IMG/VR virus record: IMGVR_UViG_3300044983_000114
Span: 1-39,949 of that record
From: a virus
Lineage: Duplodnaviria > Caudoviricetes
DNA length: 39,949 bases
Strand: one strand, 5' to 3'
How positions within the stretch are numbered: the first letter of the stretch is position 1; every line of letters starts with the position of its first letter. Below the pieces are notes generated by a model, which was not told the DNA's origin, searched no databases, and was given only the letters and a program-made list of their open reading frames with translations. Below, piece after piece: positions 35,699-39,949 of this stretch. A program made the translations under genes and the position numbers.

Positions 35699-36378
35699 AG
35701 ACCCGCCTCCGGGCGCCACGGCTGATGCTGATTGGAGCGCTTCCAGAACAGGTGCTCGTCACCCCTCATCAGCATCAAGTGCGCGAGAACGTCGTCGCTC
35801 GGGCACATGGCGCCTGCCCACGATCCCTCGTAGAACGCGATCGGGTGCAGGCACAGCACCGCGAGGATTCTTTCCCCCGCGATCGCCACGGTCGGCTTGA
35901 GCCGCCGGAACAGATACATCACGCCGCTCCGATGGCTCTGCTCAAGGAACATGCCGGTGAGCAGATACTGCTTCATCTGGTGGTAAGTGAGCAGCCCGGA
36001 GAGGGTATCGAGCGCGTTCGACTCCTGCTCGATCCCCCACGCCGCCGAGCAGCCGAGCGTGCGGAGATCGTGCTTGAGGTGATGCTGGCCGGATTGGAGG
36101 CCCCACGAGATGCGGCCCTCTTCCTCGATCACGAGGATGTCGCCGTGCTTCTCGAAGCTCCACCACTTGTTTCGGAGCTTGAGGTTGGGACCGTCCTCCT
36201 CAGGCATCGGGTCGGCGTCGGTCAGCGTGGCAAGCGCGCTGGCGAACGGATAGGTCGGCTCGACGACTAGCTTCTCACCTTGCAGCGGCATCGGGATCCC
36301 AGCGTAGTAGTCGCGGTCCTTGGCGATCTCCCGGAGCACGTTGCGGACTCGAGCGTTCGCGTCGACGTCGGTGCTCAT
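35695..36378 (-). CDS. Uncharacterised protein with LCLHP...D..LAH..L...DE..F....N.H motif
   Basis: ATGA-coupled to the GG-ending protein; conserved-looking Cys/His/Asp C-terminal domain. Confidence 0.75.
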   Translation of the reverse strand: MSTDVDANARVRNVLREIAKDRDYYAGIPMPLQGEKLVVEPTYPFASALATLTDADPMPEEDGPNLKLRNKWWSFEKHGDILVIEEEGRISWGLQSGQHHLKHDLRTLGCSAAWGIEQESNALDTLSGLLTYHQMKQYLLTGMFLEQSHRSGVMYLFRRLKPTVAIAGERILAVLCLHPIAFYEGSWAGAMCPSDDVLAHLMLMRGDEHLFWKRSNQHQPWRPEAGL

Positions 36379-36806
36379 CCTCCGGCGCTCCGCGATACGG
36401 CGATAGCCTTCGTCTCGCTCGCCTTGATCCCACGCTTTCCCTTGCCAGGCGGCCGACCACGCCGAGGCTTCTCGGGCTCGGGCTCGGCCGTGGGCTCAGG
36501 ATCGTCGTCGTCGTAATTATCAACCGGATCGTCATCCGGCTCGCGAAGCTCAACCTTCGCCGGCTCAACGGGAATGGGATCGAAGTCCGCGATGATGTAC
36601 TCCCGCACGTCCTCGCGGAAGTCGAGTGCCCGCTCGAACGCCTTCTTGCCGTCGCGATCGACCTCGACGAGCAGCGCGTAACCACGCCTCAGCATGTCCT
36701 TCACGATCCTCGCCGCGCGGATCGCCTCAGCGGGGTTCGAGTCGTCGAAGGTGAGTTTCGTATCGCCCGCTCCGACGTTGAGGATGCCCACCGATCCGTT
36801 CTCCAT
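36375..36806 (-). CDS. Small protein ending in di-glycine (..AIAVSRSAGG) with acidic tract and AT-hook
   Basis: ATG at 36806 after GGGAG; GDTKLTFD..N..E...A....GY motif; PRRGRP AT-hook. Confidence 0.75.
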   Translation of the reverse strand: MENGSVGILNVGAGDTKLTFDDSNPAEAIRAARIVKDMLRRGYALLVEVDRDGKKAFERALDFREDVREYIIADFDPIPVEPAKVELREPDDDPVDNYDDDDPEPTAEPEPEKPRRGRPPGKGKRGIKASETKAIAVSRSAGG

Positions 36807-36929
36807 CTCCGCTCCCTTCCCATTTCCAGTACCGGCCAGAGATTCTCTTTCACGGCAGGGTCCCCGCGTCTGGTGGTGCAAATTCACCGGGCGGCCAGCT
36901 TGGAAATCAGCTCCACGACCGCCCGGCTC

Positions 36930-37034
36930 CTAGACCCAGTCCCACCACTTCCGCGGTCCCGTCAGCCCCCCGTCGGGCTGGTCGGGGTCGCCGATGTCGG
37001 GCACCATCCCCAGCCATCGCAGGAGCGTCAGCAC
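36930..37034 (-). CDS. Micro-ORF D MLTLLRWLGMVPDIGDPDQPDGGLTGPRKWWDWV
   Basis: GTG start overlaps the stop of ORF C (GTGCTGA); Trp-rich C-terminus. Confidence 0.45.
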   Translation of the reverse strand: MLTLLRWLGMVPDIGDPDQPDGGLTGPRKWWDWV

Positions 37035-37144
37035 CAGAACCCCGTGCCGCACTCACCTTCATTCGCGATGCCGTACAGCATGATGTACTGCGTGATCTTC
37101 CACCATTCCCACGGTCCGGCTGTCAGGATCTCCGTGAGTCCCAT
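37028..37144 (-). CDS. Micro-ORF C MGLTEILTAGPWEWWKITQYIMLYGIANEGECGTGFWC
   Basis: TGATG coupling to ORF B. Confidence 0.5.
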   Translation of the reverse strand: MGLTEILTAGPWEWWKITQYIMLYGIANEGECGTGFWC

Positions 37145-37215
37145 CACGCCCACCATTCGGCGTTGACCTCACGCCAGATGCAGCTGCACATCAGTTCCAG
37201 CAGGTAGAGGACCAT
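37144..37215 (-). CDS. Micro-ORF B MVLYLLELMCSCIWREVNAEWWA
   Basis: TGATG coupling to both ORF A and ORF C. Confidence 0.5.
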   Translation of the reverse strand: MVLYLLELMCSCIWREVNAEWWA

Positions 37216-37316
37216 CAGCACCACCACTCGGCCGGCACGACTTCCGGCACGGGCGGATGATCCGCGGCGTTCTGCATTTGCAGCAGGATCAAAAGCGTGT
37301 ACTCATCCGGCCCCAC
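37215..37316 (-). CDS. Micro-ORF A MGPDEYTLLILLQMQNAADHPPVPEVVPAEWWC
   Basis: GAGGAGG SD 6 nt before the GTG. Confidence 0.5.
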   Translation of the reverse strand: MGPDEYTLLILLQMQNAADHPPVPEVVPAEWWC

Positions 37317-37455
37317 GGCGTTCCTCCTCGGGTTCAGGTGAGCCCGCCGGTGTGGCGGGCGCCAGCAGGCGCGCTTCGAGCGCCTTGATACGGCCGGCGA
37401 GCTCCTCTGGGATCTCCCGACCGTCACATTCAATTTCCGTGATCGCGAGCTTCAT
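37303..37455 (-). CDS. 50-aa hypothetical protein (MKLAITEIECDGREIPEELAGRIKALEARL...)
   Basis: GGAGG SD with ATG; below the track threshold. Confidence 0.5.
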   Translation of the reverse strand: MKLAITEIECDGREIPEELAGRIKALEARLLAPATPAGSPEPEEERRGAG

Positions 37456-37469
37456 CCGCCCCTCCCCCC

Positions 37470-37793
37470 TCAGTCTTTCCCGAAGCCCAGCACGCCGGAT
37501 AATTCCCGACCATCGATCTTCGCGACCGCCGCGCGCGCGTATTCAATGGCCGCGCCTGCAGCGTCTCGCAACCCTCCCGTGTTCTCCAGGCACGGCAGCG
37601 TCGCCGCCAGCACGTCTGAGCAGTCCTTTAGCGCCGCTATCAACTCGAGCACGCTGTCAGCCCGCATCTTCCACCGCTCCTGGTCCCACGGCTCAAGGGC
37701 GCGAAACGGCATCATTGTTTCCGCCCCCGTCGCCTTGAATGGTGACCGCCACAGCGCCTCAGCCACTCGCTCTCGCGCGTCGCCGCCGATCAC
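37470..37793 (-). CDS. Hypothetical phage protein
   Basis: RERVAEALW..., AAVAKIDG; GTGA-coupled. Confidence 0.6.
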   Translation of the reverse strand: MIGGDARERVAEALWRSPFKATGAETMMPFRALEPWDQERWKMRADSVLELIAALKDCSDVLAATLPCLENTGGLRDAAGAAIEYARAAVAKIDGRELSGVLGFGKD

Positions 37794-38002
37794 CGCGCTC
37801 TCCGTTTCCGCTTCGTGGCTCGTTCAGCTTCCACCTGGTCCATCACCGCCCGCACGAACAGAGCGCGCAGCCCCAGCGCATACACGCGGCGCGTGCCCTT
37901 CTCCCGGAACGTTATGATACCGGGCGGCTCGATACCGACGATCAGATCCCGGCCGTCGTGGGGCAGCGTGCGGTAGACGGGCTTCGTGAGCTTCGTGCTC
38001 AC
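37790..38002 (-). CDS. Small basic hypothetical protein
   Basis: TKLTKPV.R...LIV.IEP..II.FREKGTR..Y; GTGA overlap. Confidence 0.65.
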   Translation of the reverse strand: MSTKLTKPVYRTLPHDGRDLIVGIEPPGIITFREKGTRRVYALGLRALFVRAVMDQVEAERATKRKRRAR

Positions 38003-38187
38003 GGCTTCACGTCGCGCGGGACGGAGTCGCCGCCGTTCAGGTAGTGCACGCGCGCCGCCGCGGCCTCCGCGGTGACGTGATCGCTCTCGGGCTCCCATAC
38101 CCCATCCGGGTCGTAGTAGCCCACGACCCACATATCGGCCCAGTTCTCGGTCGCGCGAGCAACTTGCTTGTAGACCCACGCGGTCAC
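37999..38187 (-). CDS. Conserved small phage protein
   Basis: W.VG.Y.PDG.W.PESD.....AAARVHYLNGG; GTGA overlap. Confidence 0.7.
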   Translation of the reverse strand: MTAWVYKQVARATENWADMWVVGYYDPDGVWEPESDHVTAEAAAARVHYLNGGDSVPRDVKP

Positions 38188-38474
38188 TGGCCTGCCTCGG
38201 CCTTCCGGATGGCGTCGGACGCCTGCTGATGGAACTGATGCCCGCACGGTTGGGCACCGCCGTCCGTCTCACGCACGAGATCCACGAGCGCGCGAAGCAA
38301 TTCCGGCGCGGCGGCAATCAGCCGGGCGTTGGCGTCCCCGTAGCTTTGGGCAACGAGTTCACCGTCATGGCCTGCCGCGGCCGATTCAATGCGAATCGGC
38401 CAGCCTTCTGATACTCCGACTTCCTGCGGCGCCGTACTGCGGGCGCGCCACGGTCCCGGCGTGTGCGCGGTCAC
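38184..38474 (-). CDS. Conserved phage protein (HTPGPW...ANARLIAAAPELL family)
   Basis: Characteristic HTPGPW and ANARLIAAAPEL motifs. Confidence 0.8.
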   Translation of the reverse strand: MTAHTPGPWRARSTAPQEVGVSEGWPIRIESAAAGHDGELVAQSYGDANARLIAAAPELLRALVDLVRETDGGAQPCGHQFHQQASDAIRKAEAGQ

Positions 38475-38854
38475 TGGCCGGCCTCAGCTTTCGTGATGGC
38501 GGCGCGGAGATCATTGACCACACCCTGATCGGCGGCGTCGCTGTACATCTCGCGCAGCACGATCGGTAGAGCCACCTTGCACGCCACCAGCAGATCCAGC
38601 GCGGCGGTCATCTTAATTACTGCCTCGCGAACTTGTTCGCGGTAGAACGCACCTTCGGGAATCCAGCACGTTTCCGCGAGCACGATGCCGCCCTGTTGGA
38701 TGCTCCACCGCTCACTCGGCTCGATACCCGGGCGTTGCTCGTGGACGAGTTCCCACGGCAATAAGGAGAGGGGGGTCCTGCGAGCCGGCGGAGCGAAGCC
38801 GCGATTCTCCTCAGCGTCAGTCCACGGAATTGCGTTCGCGCCATCGTCCTTCAT
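38471..38854 (-). CDS. Divergent member of the same family
   Basis: LPWE...AALDLLVACK...RAAITKAE; GGAGG SD. Confidence 0.7.
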   Translation of the reverse strand: MKDDGANAIPWTDAEENRGFAPPARRTPLSLLPWELVHEQRPGIEPSERWSIQQGGIVLAETCWIPEGAFYREQVREAVIKMTAALDLLVACKVALPIVLREMYSDAADQGVVNDLRAAITKAEAGQ

Positions 38855-38914
38855 CCGCTACCTCCAAGTTTCGAGCCCGGCGTCATTGCCGGCCCTCAAC
38901 ACCCCTGTTCTACG

Positions 38915-39000
38915 TGCACCGCTCGTGCCGACCCCTATGTCGTTGTGCCTGCTCGAACGACCATCCCGTCACCGGGCAGAATGCCCCGGGGCGCGGTGCA
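38915..39000 (-). promoter_or_regulatory. Duplicated intergenic cassette, copy 1, with sigma54-like -24/-12 motif
   Basis: Closely similar to 32386-32470; contains CGGCACG-N4-GTGCA. Confidence 0.55.
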
Positions 39001-39013
39001 AATGGCCCCCGAC

Positions 39014-39949
39014 TTAGGCTTGCCACTGAGGTTGGTACGCTTCGCCGCGCTTACCGAACGTCGACGCGATGGCGTTGCGCGCCGTCAACTCCTGCGGCTC
39101 ACCCAGCTCGTCACCACCCAGCATCGGCCGCAGCTCGGGATGGACCGGGAGAAAGTGCACCTTGGGCGTGCCATCGTCGTTCTTCACGACGTCGACCACG
39201 CGCACAACCATCAGTTTCTCGCCGTCCTCGAACTCGCGCGTGTAGAGCTCGCCCCAATCGTCGACGTGGATCCGCGTCATCCCCGAATCCTTCACGTAGC
39301 GGTCGAGCCCGTAGCGTTCGGTCATCACGCGACGGACCTCGGCGTTCTCTTCGGACTCGATGTGCTCGAGCGTGATCCAGTCAGGCCGAACGATCACGAA
39401 CGCCGGCACGAACACGCCGTGCCAGAAATACAGATTCTCAGCGTCGGATTCGACCGCGGCGTGAGTCGCGTTGTGCAGACGTCGCGTGCCATTGGCGCTC
39501 GTCTCAACATGTACCACCGGCTTTGCAACCCAGTAGAGCGTGCTCTCGGTCCAGAACATAAACCACGCGCCCGAGATGAACGCCTCGAACATGGGCTTCG
39601 CCCAGGCGACCTTCTTCGAGGTCCCGAGCTGCTCGGAACCGATGTGAACCGTAGCCAGTACCGATGCCTCCCACCACCACCACCAGCCCGACCATCTGCC
39701 AGACAAGTGAATACACCAGGAGGCAAACCTCCGATCGGCGGCGCGGGCGGCGCGGGCGTCGCGGGCGTCGAGGGCGGCGCGGGCGTCGAGGGCGGCGCGG
39801 GCGTCGAGGGCGGCGCGGGCGGCGCGGCCGTCGAGGGCGTCGCGGGCGGCGCGGGCGTCGCGGGCGTCGAGGGCGTCGCTGGCGGCGCGGGCGTCGAGGG
39901 CGGCGCGGGCGTCGAGGGCGTCGAGGGCGGCGCGGGCGTCGAGGGCGGC
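39014..39949 (-). CDS. DUF6745-like protein with N-terminal tripeptide repeats (5' truncated)
   Basis: Frame is open to the window edge; RLHN...A.....LYFWHGV.VP, I..E.NAE.RRV..E.YG, L.V.P, TA..A.A.TFG motifs. Confidence 0.8.
   Translation of the reverse strand, partial: AALDARAALDALDARAALDARAASDALDARDARAARDALDGRAARAALDARAALDARAALDARDARAARAADRRFASWCIHLSGRWSGWWWWWEASVLATVHIGSEQLGTSKKVAWAKPMFEAFISGAWFMFWTESTLYWVAKPVVHVETSANGTRRLHNATHAAVESDAENLYFWHGVFVPAFVIVRPDWITLEHIESEENAEVRRVMTERYGLDRYVKDSGMTRIHVDDWGELYTREFEDGEKLMVVRVVDVVKNDDGTPKVHFLPVHPELRPMLGGDELGEPQELTARNAIASTFGKRGEAYQPQWQA
39736..39949 (-). repeat. Coding tandem repeat of 9-bp units (ALD/ARA/ARD)
   Basis: About 23 units of GCCCTCGAC, GCCCGCGCC or GCCCGCGAC running off the window end. 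Confidence 0.9.

Noticed and set aside
36887-36926. GC-rich hairpin after the micropeptide array as a terminator
   Set aside because: A 10-bp stem is present but there is no U-tract; function cannot be assigned.
39736-39949. Possible CRISPR array
   Set aside because: Contiguous 9-bp in-frame units with no unique spacers and no cas genes.
1-39949. Genome-wide UGA reassignment; tRNA, integrase or CI genes
   Set aside because: TGA terminates most genes, often in ATGA/GTGA overlaps. No tRNA cloverleaf, recombinase or repressor-peptidase motifs were seen.

Overview
High-GC lambda-like siphophage or prophage genome segment. Essentially every credible gene is on the minus strand; the long plus-strand ORFs are antisense shadows. 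Reading in the direction of transcription (39949 to 1): (1) an accessory cluster of about 9.4 kb with a DUF6745-like repeat protein, small phage proteins, four coupled Trp-rich micro-ORFs, a C-terminal-GG protein with a coupled Cys/His partner, HNH, ParB, a lipoprotein and a beta-propeller; (2) head genes: gpW-like, lambda-family portal, protease-capsid fusion; (3) a non-contractile tail: terminator, tube, frameshifted chaperone, tape measure, split distal tail, BR0599 hub, tail tip; (4) lysis: GH108 endolysin and membrane proteins; (5) a Cro-like HTH, YqaJ recombination pair, NinG-like HNH, a replication initiator with iterons and a DnaC-like loader; (6) late accessory genes, including a tandem CsrA protein and a gpZ-like gene, ending at a lambda-like cosQ/cosN sequence at the left edge. 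No terminase, integrase, CI repressor, tRNA or CRISPR array was seen. Best leads: a probable UGA-selenocysteine gene with a SECIS-like hairpin (934-1212), the micropeptide array plus GG-protein/CxHP module (35695-37316), a single-chain CsrA pseudo-dimer, and a duplicated sigma54-like promoter cassette. All family assignments come from motif recognition by eye, not database searches.
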